From assembly GCF_003231495.1 (NCBI RefSeq), contig NZ_PQWO01000039.1:1-24555 (forward strand): a DNA stretch of 24,555 bases, given 5' to 3'. Source of the DNA: Acaryochloris thomasi RCC1774. GTDB taxonomy: Bacteria > Cyanobacteriota > Cyanobacteriia > Thermosynechococcales > Thermosynechococcaceae. Under the pieces are notes generated by a model. It worked only from the letters and a program-made list of their open reading frames with translations. It made no database searches and was not told the DNA's origin. This document shows, piece by piece, positions 1-7,875 of the stretch (the first letter of the stretch is position 1; each line of letters begins with the position of its first letter). A program made the translations under genes and the position numbers.

Positions 1-127
1 CCTATACCTAGAAAGGAATGTGTCAATTTCGCTGCCTCGAAAAATGCGAAAATTAGCGCCTGAAACCTATACCCTCAAAAAGTTACAGCCTTAGCGTTGT
101 TTTCTGTTCCGATGTACCCTAAACACC
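1..127. mobile_element. One arm of a ~480-bp non-autonomous Tn3-family-like miniature element (the other arm is 24203..24555 if the sequence is circular)
   Basis: The reverse complement of 1..127 aligns with 24203..~24335. The first 42 nt are identical and the rest is roughly three-quarters identical by eye. No ORF. The outer tip at 127 abuts TATTT (128..132). Confidence 0.6.
86..127. repeat. Tn3-family-type terminal inverted repeat, copy 1 (tip at 127, element interior to the left)
   Basis: The reverse complement is GGTGTTTAGGGTACATCGGAACAGAAAACAACGCTAAGGCTG, identical to 24203..24244. It shares the Tn3 IR signature (GG tip, GGAAC.GAAAAC core, ACG.TAAG inner end), as recalled from GGGGTCTGACGCTCAGTGGAACGAAAACTCACGTTAAG. 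Confidence 0.75.
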
Positions 128-132
128 TATTT

Positions 133-170
133 CATCAGCACTATCGATCACATTTGATTTTGATGAGTAG
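133..170 (+). other. Orphaned 3' tail (about 12 codons plus stop) of the gene interrupted at 24202
   Basis: Deleting the element and one TATTT copy joins ...CCT ATT T to CA TCA GCA CTA TCG ATC ACA TTT GAT TTT GAT GAG TAG. The join is in frame, giving ...SPISSALSITFDFDE*. Confidence 0.55.
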
Positions 171-190
171 TGTACAACGCCAAGTTAGTA

Positions 191-213
191 GAGAGTGATC
201 AAAACCAGGGGAA
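191..213. repeat. Left 23-bp inverted repeat bounding an 884-bp decayed transposon remnant
   Basis: GAGAGTGATCAAAACCAGGGGAA matches the reverse complement of 1052..1074 at 22/23 positions. It abuts the stop codon of the transposase fragment (214..216). Confidence 0.6.
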
Positions 214-510
214 TCAAGCAGCCATAGGCATTTCCTCCACTGGTCCTGCTCGTGGGTACCATTCTTCAATCGTCTCCTTCCACTCAGCATTGAGAACCTT
301 TGTTCTCACTTGAAGCAACAAATGAGCACCCTTGGGTGTCCAGCGCATCTGTTGCTTTTTCTCCATCCGCTTAGCAATGATCTGATTGACAGCAGACTCC
401 ACAAACCCGGTTGAAATCCTTTCACCACAACGATATCGCTCTCCATAGTTTTGGATAAACCCCTGGTTGTTGTGGATGTACACCCTGAATTCTCGGATCG
501 CCTTGACCAT
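214..510 (-). pseudogene. DDE transposase, C-terminal ~98-aa fragment (ISKra4-like by remembered motifs)
   Basis: ...NYGERYRCGERISTGFVESAVNQIIAKRMEKKQQMRWTPKGAHLLLQVRTKVLN... is a C-terminal transposase signature. No N-terminal catalytic region is present. The fragment ends at ~510, where a resolvase fragment begins. Confidence 0.6.
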
Positions 511-1025
511 CTTGCTCGCAGCTCGATAAGCTCAGGGGCTGTGACAAGATTTTTCAGGAGAAGCGCAGTGGTGTTTCAAACCAACGGCCTCGGCTTAAGG
601 CTTGTCTGGAGTATGTCAGGGATGGAGACACGCTGGTAGTGACTCGGTTAGATCGGCTGGCCCGCTCTACGCTCCACTTGTGCCAGTTGGCAGAGCAATT
701 GAATAGCAAGCAGGTCCATCTACAAGTGCTTGACCAGAGTATTGATACTGCTGATGCAACTGGTCGGTTGCTCTTTAATGTGCTGGGAGCGATCGCACAA
801 TTTGAAACTGAAATCAGAGCAGAACGCCAGATGGATGGAATCAAAAATGCGAAAGTTCGTGGGGTCAGTTTTGGGCGTAAGAATAAGTTGAATCAACAGC
901 AGTGTTCCGAGCTACGGCAAAGGCGAGAGCAGGGGGAGCTGATCCGGGTGCTCATGAAGGATTACGGTCTTGCTAAGGCCAGTGTCTATCGATACCTCAA
1001 TGATGCCGAAGAGGGATGTGACTGA
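507..1025 (+). pseudogene. Serine recombinase/resolvase lacking its N-terminal ~20-25 residues (catalytic Ser region missing)
   Basis: The frame is open from 507: ...QLDKLRGCDKIFQEKRSGVSNQRPRLKACLEYVRDGDTLVVTRLDRLARS, then ...GAIAQFETEIRAERQMDGI..., then a C-terminal HTH (LAKASVYRYL). The usual MxxGYxRVSTxxQ start is absent. The ORF track reports only the 639 GTG-initiated part. Confidence 0.8.
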
Positions 1026-1051
1026 AGGATCTCAAGTGCAAGGGATCCAGC

Positions 1052-1074
1052 TTCCCCCGGTTTTGATCACTCTC
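1052..1074. repeat. Right 23-bp inverted repeat partner of 191..213
   Basis: TTCCCCCGGTTTTGATCACTCTC is the reverse complement of 191..213 with one mismatch. It lies 26 bp after the resolvase stop. Confidence 0.6.
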
Positions 1075-1091
1075 CAATTCCGCCTAGCTAC

Positions 1092-2681
1092 TTACTCAAA
1101 ATCAGCCCGTCTTTGAGCTTCCTTGACGGCTTCACCCGCATTCACTCTTCCAAAACCAAAGCGAGGACTAAATCCGTTGCCATCGTAACTAGATGAAGGG
1201 CCAATCTTTTTAGCGGTTTTCTGTAAAATCTCTCGTATCTCATCAGCACTTAATTCGGGATTTACAGATAACATTAGTGCTGCAATGCCAGCTGCGAGAG
1301 GGGTTGCCGATGAAGTACCACCAAAATCATTAGTATATAAGCCATCGGAACCACCTGCAGTACTTGAGCCAAGATTGAAACCACGATTATTCAAAGAAAT
1401 ATCGGTGGTAAAAATTCCTTTAATTCCACCACTTGAAGGAGCCACAAAATCAATTTCTTCCCCAATATTTGAGTAATTTGCAAGAGTTGCATTATCAGTT
1501 GATGCCCCCACCGCGATGGCCTCGCTGTGAGCTGCAGGAAAACTGACTGGACTAGCAAAGCCATTCCCCACAGCACAAAAAATAGCGGCTCCTTTTTCAT
1601 TTCGCCCTAACTGCTTAGCATCTTCTATAGCCAACTCAATATCTGGACTTTGAGGACCACTCCAAGAACAAGACAAAATATCTGCATTTGCAGCTGCATA
1701 ACGAATTGCATTGGCAACATGTTCATCAGGTGCAAGATCATCAGCATGAAATATTTTAATCGGAAGAATACGACAGCCGGGGGCAATTCCGACAGCACCT
1801 CCACTTTCACCATCAGAAGCAATGACTCCAGCACAGGGCGTGCCATGAATATCATTACCCGCTAATACATCGAACGGAAACTGGAAAATCTTAGGACTAG
1901 GATTGGAATGATCAGGATGATCCTCAGGAATAAAAAAATCACGACCATTAGGAGTAATACGAGAGACTAGATTAGAGTGCTCGATCTCTACACCATCATC
2001 AAGCACAGCAACCACAATAGAAGAATTTCCTGTTGTAATCTCCCAGGCACTCAGGGCATCAACGTCTTCACCGGCAGTTTGGCTATCCTTACCTAAATTA
2101 CGAAGATGCCATTCCTCCGTACGAATACTGGGGGGAGCGTCCCGAACAAATTGCGACACAAAGTTTGGGGTGGCAAAAACAACATCATCAGTCTCAGACC
2201 AATCATTGGCAACATCCACTAGGCCTTCATTTCGATACTGATTGTTGGGGTCATATACAATCACCTGTTCAGGCACGAATGGGTTAACTTTTCTGACTTG
2301 AAAGCCATATCGTGCCAACAAGTTAGTACGAGTTTGCCCAGATGTTCTGGCATTAAATCGAACGACAATCTCGTGATAAGCCGTGCGAATTAAACCTGAC
2401 TCAACCTCACGAACAACAAGAGGAGCCTCGACTGAAGCTGGGGAACTTGAGCGCACAACACCTTGTTGAAGCCCTATAAGAAAAAAAGATCGACAGGCAC
2501 GTGTGATTAGCTCTGAAACATCAGTTTGACCAATAGATGTTCGTCCAGTTGCGATAATAGATGGCGGCAAACCTAGTCGTTGATCTTCAACACTAGTAGA
2601 GACAATCTCTAACTCAACCCGCTGTTTATTTTTATTGAAAATATGCATTTTATAAGACCTTTTCAAATTATTTTTGTTCAC
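1092..2681 (-). CDS. Subtilisin-like serine peptidase (family S8) with a long N-terminal prodomain-like extension and no signal peptide
   Basis: Catalytic triad contexts: VAVLDDGVE (Asp), HGTPCAGVIAS (His), GGTSSATPLAAGIAALM (Ser). The oxyanion Asn is in AVGNG. The N-terminus lacks a hydrophobic signal segment. The annotated start is GTG; the ATG at 2648 (MHIFNK), preceded by AAAAGG, is a plausible alternative. Confidence 0.9.
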   Translation of the reverse strand: MNKNNLKRSYKMHIFNKNKQRVELEIVSTSVEDQRLGLPPSIIATGRTSIGQTDVSELITRACRSFFLIGLQQGVVRSSSPASVEAPLVVREVESGLIRTAYHEIVVRFNARTSGQTRTNLLARYGFQVRKVNPFVPEQVIVYDPNNQYRNEGLVDVANDWSETDDVVFATPNFVSQFVRDAPPSIRTEEWHLRNLGKDSQTAGEDVDALSAWEITTGNSSIVVAVLDDGVEIEHSNLVSRITPNGRDFFIPEDHPDHSNPSPKIFQFPFDVLAGNDIHGTPCAGVIASDGESGGAVGIAPGCRILPIKIFHADDLAPDEHVANAIRYAAANADILSCSWSGPQSPDIELAIEDAKQLGRNEKGAAIFCAVGNGFASPVSFPAAHSEAIAVGASTDNATLANYSNIGEEIDFVAPSSGGIKGIFTTDISLNNRGFNLGSSTAGGSDGLYTNDFGGTSSATPLAAGIAALMLSVNPELSADEIREILQKTAKKIGPSSSYDGNGFSPRFGFGRVNAGEAVKEAQRRADFE

Positions 2682-2714
2682 AGGACAGAAAAAAACTCAA
2701 GAGTAAATTTTCTC

Positions 2715-3215
2715 TCAAATTCTCTGATAACGAGCATAGGCATTTGCCCACGCTGCTTCAACGCCCTTTATCTTTGATATAGACTGAATTAAATCTGGGA
2801 GAAAAATTTCTGAGAGCTTGAGAGGTCTAAAAATAAGTTGTTGTGGAATATATTGGTTCACCTTTTCAAGAATTAAATTAAATTGACAAGAAAATTTTTC
2901 AATCTCAGTTTCAGTAGACACATTTGTGAACCGTACTGAAATGGCACCTGTTGGAATCAGATTATGTCCGGCTTCATCTATCATGATCGGCTCAACAGCC
3001 TCTTGATCTGTTAGATATTGTTGAAGGAATTCCCAACCTTGACGAGATGTAGAAGTATTCTTGATTTTTACGAGAAAAATACTTTGATTACCTACTTCAA
3101 GCGTCAGTTTTTCAACGTCAGATAGTCGAGCTAACTGATCCAGTAGATCATGATCATCTTCAGAATCAGTCATGACTCTAAAGGTATCTATACTAGGATG
3201 AAATTTCGTTGGCAT
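2715..3215 (-). CDS. Hypothetical 166-aa protein resembling the prodomain (I9-like) region of the downstream S8 peptidase
   Basis: It lies 33 bp upstream of the S8 gene on the same strand. By eye, VEPIMIDEAGHNLIPTGAISVRFTN...KVNQYIPQQLIF...VEAAWANAYARY parallels VEAPLVVREVESGLIRTAYHEIVVRFNA...KVNPFVPEQVIV...VVFATPNFVSQF in the S8 protein. No signal peptide. Confidence 0.5.
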   Translation of the reverse strand: MPTKFHPSIDTFRVMTDSEDDHDLLDQLARLSDVEKLTLEVGNQSIFLVKIKNTSTSRQGWEFLQQYLTDQEAVEPIMIDEAGHNLIPTGAISVRFTNVSTETEIEKFSCQFNLILEKVNQYIPQQLIFRPLKLSEIFLPDLIQSISKIKGVEAAWANAYARYQRI

Positions 3216-3390
3216 ATCAATTCACACATATGTCGCAACATAACCATCCATATCTTACGAATTACCTGTTAGTATGACCAGAGCCATTCTAAAGACTTAA
3301 TATAATTCTCGTTCTAACGAATTCTGGGGTCACCTGAAATCTCCTATCTACGTCCATTTATCGACATAGTTAGCGACTAGAAGGTATGGG

Positions 3391-3925
3391 TTAAGGAGTG
3401 GTAGCAAGGGGAAGAATTTCCCTATCAACCCTATAGAGATCCCACGCCCGATTGAGCATGACTGTCTTCGTTTCAGCGAGTGCATCAGCTGTGGCTTCCG
3501 ACCAATACATTCCTTTATTCTTCTGTCGTTTAGCGACAATCAGATCGCAGGCTTTCTCTGTATGAGCACTGCCCATATATTGTCGGTTTAAACGTCGCTC
3601 ATTGTAATTGACGATATAGGAGTTTCGAGCCTTGAGATAGTCAATCAATTCTTGGAGCCTTTGCTCATTCTTGGTGTGCGGACGGCAAGCTTCTAACGCT
3701 TTAAGCGCAGACCCTACCCGTCCTATCCATATCGAAGAATGGAGCTTACTGTTGAGTGCCTTCTTTTCTGCACGAGTCGAACAAATCATCCCCGTAAAAT
3801 CAGCACATTTTCGATGAAGATGATACCAGTCAAGAAGTAGCTCCTTCTGGGTAAACTCGCTCAGCTCCCTATCGAAATAATTGCGAAGCCACTTGGCCCC
3901 ATCTCACAGCAGTGTCACCCAACCA
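3391..3925 (-). pseudogene. DDE transposase remnant (ISKra4/ISLre2-like), 5'-truncated and frameshifted
   Basis: The frame is open upstream of the listed Met as far as 3903: DGAKWLRNYFDRELSEFTQKELLLDWYHLHRK..., then ...YIVNYNERRLNRQYMGSAHTEKACDLIVAKRQKNKGMYWSEATADAL. A WLGD just upstream is in another frame, so the GDGAxW motif is split by an indel near 3904..3920. Confidence 0.6.
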
Positions 3926-4086
3926 TTGAATCCAGCACAGAAGAATAACAACAATGACAACTGTCTGAGCACCAGTGAGCCGGTCCCACTCAAATACCGA
4001 TATCCTGTGGCAGTGGCAATACAAGCTACCCGAATGGTCAACCATTTACTCGCCTGTAGCCGACGAACCAAAATGTCATCCTCATT

Positions 4087-4605
4087 TTAAAGACAGGCTT
4101 GTAATAGCTGATTTATTTCATCATTACTCAAACCATCTTGGTCAATTTTAGATAAAGCTTCAATTCTTTCTATAAGAACTCTTATATTGGCAAAAGAAAC
4201 TCCACCTGATGTCCCCAAAGTCGCGAGAGCAGCTCCAATATCAATAAAGGCAGCAACAAATCTTAAGGCCGATCGAATTTTATTTAATTTATCAATGGCA
4301 ATCTTAACTTTAGAAGTGACGCAACCAATTGTAGCTACCGCTTCAATAACATCAGTAGATGTTATGATACCTAAGGCTGCTTTAGTGTCAAGTTCTATTG
4401 CTTTTGTAAAACATTGATTAATTCTAGCGCTCGTTAAATCTATATCATCACGTTTTCTTTCAATGGAATCTTGCGGATCACCATTATTTATCGAGTCTCC
4501 GAGTTCATTCTGCAATATCAGTACACGAGATGTTAACTGATTTCCCATTTCGCGAAAATCAGCGGCTGTTTTTTGTAAGTTTTCTGAACTTAAATCTTGA
4601 GACAT
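4087..4605 (-). CDS. Hypothetical 172-aa all-helical protein with a small-residue (Gly/Ala) hydrophobic segment
   Basis: Complete ORF, 38 bp downstream of the lipoprotein gene on the same strand. The segment ALRFVAAFIDIGAALATLGTSGGVSF looks like a glycine-zipper or membrane-active helix. I recognise no family. Confidence 0.5.
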   Translation of the reverse strand: MSQDLSSENLQKTAADFREMGNQLTSRVLILQNELGDSINNGDPQDSIERKRDDIDLTSARINQCFTKAIELDTKAALGIITSTDVIEAVATIGCVTSKVKIAIDKLNKIRSALRFVAAFIDIGAALATLGTSGGVSFANIRVLIERIEALSKIDQDGLSNDEINQLLQACL

Positions 4606-4643
4606 AGCACACTCCGTTAAATAATGAAGATAAAAAACTGAAT

Positions 4644-5645
4644 TTAATCTGTAAAGACTTTGTCCGCTCTATCATTGAGAATTGCGACTTCTCTCGAATA
4701 GCTTTCAATAACTAAAACTAGATCTTCTGGGTATATAGTGCTCGATTTGGCAAATAAGCTTTCAAGGCCAGGAGTATTTTCGCATGTCAAATTCTCAGCG
4801 TTCTCAGTTTTGGTTTTTAGAAACAGGTTCTTTAAGCTTGCGTGATCACATGCAATTCCTTTCAGTAATGTCAAATAACTAGCAGCAAGATCTTGTTTTA
4901 GACGAATAGTTTCTTGATTCTCTGACCAATTTGACTTTAATACCTCAGTTACGTACTGCCGAACGGCAATCCCTTGACCTTCTCTTTGGTTAAAAATAGG
5001 GTTGATTAACAGTTTATAATAGGAGTCAAGGCTATTTCGCTCAGTCTCTAGAAGACCATTAACATAGTGATTCTTAATGGAGGTATCTAGTGCTACTACA
5101 AGCTTCGTCAAAGATGGATCTGCTGTAATAACTGCTTCTTTTAACTCCCTGCGGCGATAGTTGTTGGTAAATGCTGTGAATAGTATGCGTGCTAGTGCTG
5201 TCCCAGCACTAACTGCCTCTTGGCGTTGACCCGAATCTAGGCCAGGTAGTCGCTGAATCGATTCTCCAACGGCATTAATTTCGGTATCATAATTAGTCAG
5301 ATCATTTGCTGCAAGAGCACCCAAGGAACCTAAATATTCACGAATGATATTGTGTGTTTGGGTATACGCTTTTTTCAAGGCAATCGAACCGGTCTCGGGA
5401 TTATTGCAAACAGCTTCCCTTACACCTCTATCTGTATCAATAGTTTCACGATTTAGAATAATATAGTCTAGTTGTCGAATGCAAGTTTTATATACGTCAT
5501 CAGAAATTTTAGGAAAAAGCTCGGCAGACTGTGTTTGAAATTCTGCATATTTTTGTACTGCTTTAATTTCTAGAGGGGTTCCACACCCACTAAATAAAAA
5601 AACCGCAGGAGCAAGAAAGGGAATAAATTTTTTCTTTGATAGCAT
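4644..5645 (-). CDS. Putative lipoprotein, 333 aa, helical, unknown function
   Basis: The N-terminus MLSKKKFIPFLAPAVFLFSGCG has basic residues, a hydrophobic core and the lipobox LFSG|C. The mature part is predicted helical by composition. An AT-rich promoter-like region lies upstream. Confidence 0.65.
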   Translation of the reverse strand: MLSKKKFIPFLAPAVFLFSGCGTPLEIKAVQKYAEFQTQSAELFPKISDDVYKTCIRQLDYIILNRETIDTDRGVREAVCNNPETGSIALKKAYTQTHNIIREYLGSLGALAANDLTNYDTEINAVGESIQRLPGLDSGQRQEAVSAGTALARILFTAFTNNYRRRELKEAVITADPSLTKLVVALDTSIKNHYVNGLLETERNSLDSYYKLLINPIFNQREGQGIAVRQYVTEVLKSNWSENQETIRLKQDLAASYLTLLKGIACDHASLKNLFLKTKTENAENLTCENTPGLESLFAKSSTIYPEDLVLVIESYSREVAILNDRADKVFTD

Positions 5646-5810
5646 AACAACTTTCTCAATAGTTTTCGATAATGGATAAAATGATATTTACATAATAGAG
5701 TAGTATTTTCTTGATAAATACAACTTTATTAATTAATCCATTCTTCTTAAGAGATTTTTTTGCATAACTTCCCGAAAAGGTATACTCCAGATTGAAATGA
5801 GTGAGTTTTA

Positions 5811-6038
5811 TCAGAGTGGGAGCTGCATCAACTGCTGAAGAATTGCTTTCATATCAATGAGCTCAGGTTTTCTACTAAACTCATAGCGGCCATAGAAGTT
5901 GATATGCTGCCATGCCACTAGCGACACGAGTCTAAGCATCGCAATCCTGGCGGCATTCCCCTGGCTTTCACTGCAGAGAAATAGGTCAGATAAGATGGGC
6001 ATGTTGTAGTAGATGATGCAATTGATCAGCAGGCAATA
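5811..6038 (-). pseudogene. Tn3-family transposase (TnpA), extreme C-terminal ~75-aa remnant
   Basis: The extended frame reads YCLLINCIIYYNMPIL...LRLVSLVAWQHINFYGRYEFS. This matches the conserved Tn3-family C-terminus (LL.N.I..WN ... LSP..W.HIN..G.Y.F). Nothing upstream of it is present. Confidence 0.65.
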
Positions 6039-6095
6039 TCATCTGAAATTTCATTTGAAACACCTAATTACTCGACCTCAATATCATCAATAGAA

Positions 6096-7658
6096 TCACG
6101 AAATACGCGCTTTAAATCCCATTTTTACTGAAGAATTTGTGATATCGTAAATTTCTAAATTTGATAACGTACCATCCCACCATCGACTGTCAGGTGTAGT
6201 ATTGTCATTAAATTGATCATTATTCCCGGCATAGAAAAGATCTGTAGCATCACCTTCCCAATTCCCCTGCTTTTTTTCTAAATCATATCTGCCATCTGCT
6301 TGAACAAGTGAGCATTCAAAATGATACTTAGCTGTCATTTGTTCATGATTGTTGCTGCCGTCTATATCAACATGCCAAATAGCTATTCCTGCAGAAGGAA
6401 TATTTTTATCACGTCCACTCTGCTGCCGATTTTCAATTATAAAATATTCACGTTCATTTTTTCTGTGTATATAGAAATTATTTGTTCCAGATTGAATTAC
6501 TAAATTACTATCTTCTTCAACATTCAATATATTATTAGACCAACCAGCACGGTATTTGAGGTAGGCGCAAACTTGACTTGGATTTTTGTCATCAATATCT
6601 AAGCTATTACTCATCAAGCAAAAAGCACCAACACCAAATGAGGGTGGTTTAAATTCATCATATAGATCTGGAAAATTGCATATTAAATGTCCTGTTTCAT
6701 GACAAATCGTCCCCAATAATAATTGATCACTAATGTTTACTACGATATAGTCATTAGCTATTTTTTCTGGACTCAACATATATTCCTTTGAAAAATAACC
6801 AGTATGAGGGAATAGACCATCTACTCCTAATTGGGTATCATGATCGAAATCGCCTGCATATAAGATACTAATCGCATGAACGTAATTTTCATCGTCTACA
6901 GATAAACTAGAAAAATTAAAATCATTCAATTCTAAATATTCTAAGGCTTCAATTACTAATTCTTCTGAACGAGTACCGTATGGCTGAGTTTTATCTGAAT
7001 AGTATGACTTATTTTGTTTAGCTGTATAATACGGAGCAATAACATTCTTATATTTCAATTTACCATCTGAGTTTTCTAAGAAATAATCGCAAACAGAGCC
7101 ATTATTTCCAAAACCCGTATAACCTCTCAAATTAAAAAAATCATCAACTTCTGATGTAGTAATAAAGCTAGGAATAGATTCGTCAGGAAAAGCAACTACA
7201 ATACATAATCCTACAATATCGCCAACTACGTGGTGCTTGTCTGAATCTAACAGCGGTGCTGAATCTGACAAATTCGAGGATATCTGATCAGCATTAATTT
7301 GCTCGTATCTTTGTAGCCAACGAGGTTTTACTAAACTATCTACTGAGTTTATAAAATCATCTTGTTTCTGTTTTTCATGTATGAGTCTCAAGTTTTTTGC
7401 AAAGCTTAGATTTGTGGCTTCTCTTTCTTTGTCAAGAATAATTCCACTTGGAATAAGTTTATCAGAAGTTTCATTAAGTCTTGCATATTGATAAGTTCCA
7501 GTATATTGATCCTTTATTACTCTAAAACCATCAACCGTTTCGAATATAGTGTAATGGTGATTTCCCCAACCAATTACATCGAATGAATTACCATCTGGCT
7601 GACTAAATGCTAATTGTCGTCCAGCAAAAGGAAATGATTTAATATACGGTTTGTCCAT
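6096..7658 (-). CDS. M6 (immune inhibitor A-like) family zinc metalloprotease domain protein, no obvious signal peptide
   Basis: HETGHLICNFPDLYDE fits the HExxH...PD.Y signature of InhA/M6 peptidases. The protein is 520 aa and its N-terminus MDKPYIKSFPFAGRQ is not signal-like. Confidence 0.6.
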   Translation of the reverse strand: MDKPYIKSFPFAGRQLAFSQPDGNSFDVIGWGNHHYTIFETVDGFRVIKDQYTGTYQYARLNETSDKLIPSGIILDKEREATNLSFAKNLRLIHEKQKQDDFINSVDSLVKPRWLQRYEQINADQISSNLSDSAPLLDSDKHHVVGDIVGLCIVVAFPDESIPSFITTSEVDDFFNLRGYTGFGNNGSVCDYFLENSDGKLKYKNVIAPYYTAKQNKSYYSDKTQPYGTRSEELVIEALEYLELNDFNFSSLSVDDENYVHAISILYAGDFDHDTQLGVDGLFPHTGYFSKEYMLSPEKIANDYIVVNISDQLLLGTICHETGHLICNFPDLYDEFKPPSFGVGAFCLMSNSLDIDDKNPSQVCAYLKYRAGWSNNILNVEEDSNLVIQSGTNNFYIHRKNEREYFIIENRQQSGRDKNIPSAGIAIWHVDIDGSNNHEQMTAKYHFECSLVQADGRYDLEKKQGNWEGDATDLFYAGNNDQFNDNTTPDSRWWDGTLSNLEIYDITNSSVKMGFKARIS

Positions 7659-7697
7659 TGCAGTGCTCCAATAGATTTATGAAAATCAAACAGTATT

Positions 7698-7875
7698 CTA
7701 GCTTACAAAATTAGCCTTGATATAAGTCTCATCCACTTTCCATGAATCGTTGGTAGGCTTGAGTTGTGGACGAGCCCACTCATCAAGTTCAGGGCCATAA
7801 TGGAGAACCCATCGATTAATGATGCTGTGATCTACCTCCAAACCTCGCTCAAGCATCATCTCCTCCAAGTTCATG
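7698..7875 (-). pseudogene. IS6-family transposase, N-terminal ~55-aa fragment
   Basis: NLEEMMLERGLEVDHSIINRWVLHYGPELDEWARPQLKPTNDSWKVDETYIKA matches the IS6/IS26-type N-terminal HTH plus the SWxVDETYIK motif. It then stops (NFVS*). It is below the ORF-track size cutoff. Confidence 0.7.

Noticed and set aside
451-639. 62-aa + strand ORF
   Set aside because: It is antisense to the transposase fragment and then out of frame with the resolvase homology. It has no motifs and is a by-product of the junction.
554-844. 96-aa minus-strand ORF
   Set aside because: It lies opposite the clearly homologous resolvase frame, so it is a shadow ORF.
1285-1865. Four short ORFs (1285..1476, 1391..1600, 1625..1855, 1650..1865)
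   Set aside because: All lie inside the S8 peptidase gene in other frames or on the other strand. The S8 frame carries the catalytic motifs.
3348-3539. 63-aa minus-strand ORF
   Set aside because: It overlaps the 3' end of the transposase remnant in another frame.
3881-4090. 69-aa + strand ORF
   Set aside because: It is low-complexity (NNNN run) and lies over the frameshifted upstream part of the IS pseudogene. It has no start context.
5700-5810. Search for the Tn3 IR expected just beyond the TnpA C-terminal remnant
   Set aside because: Nothing there resembles the GG...GGAAC.GAAAAC...TAAG pattern. Only an isolated CTTAAG is present, so the IR appears to be lost.
6321-6503. 60-aa + strand ORF
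   Set aside because: It is antisense within the M6 protease gene. The same applies to 4187..4417 opposite the 172-aa gene.
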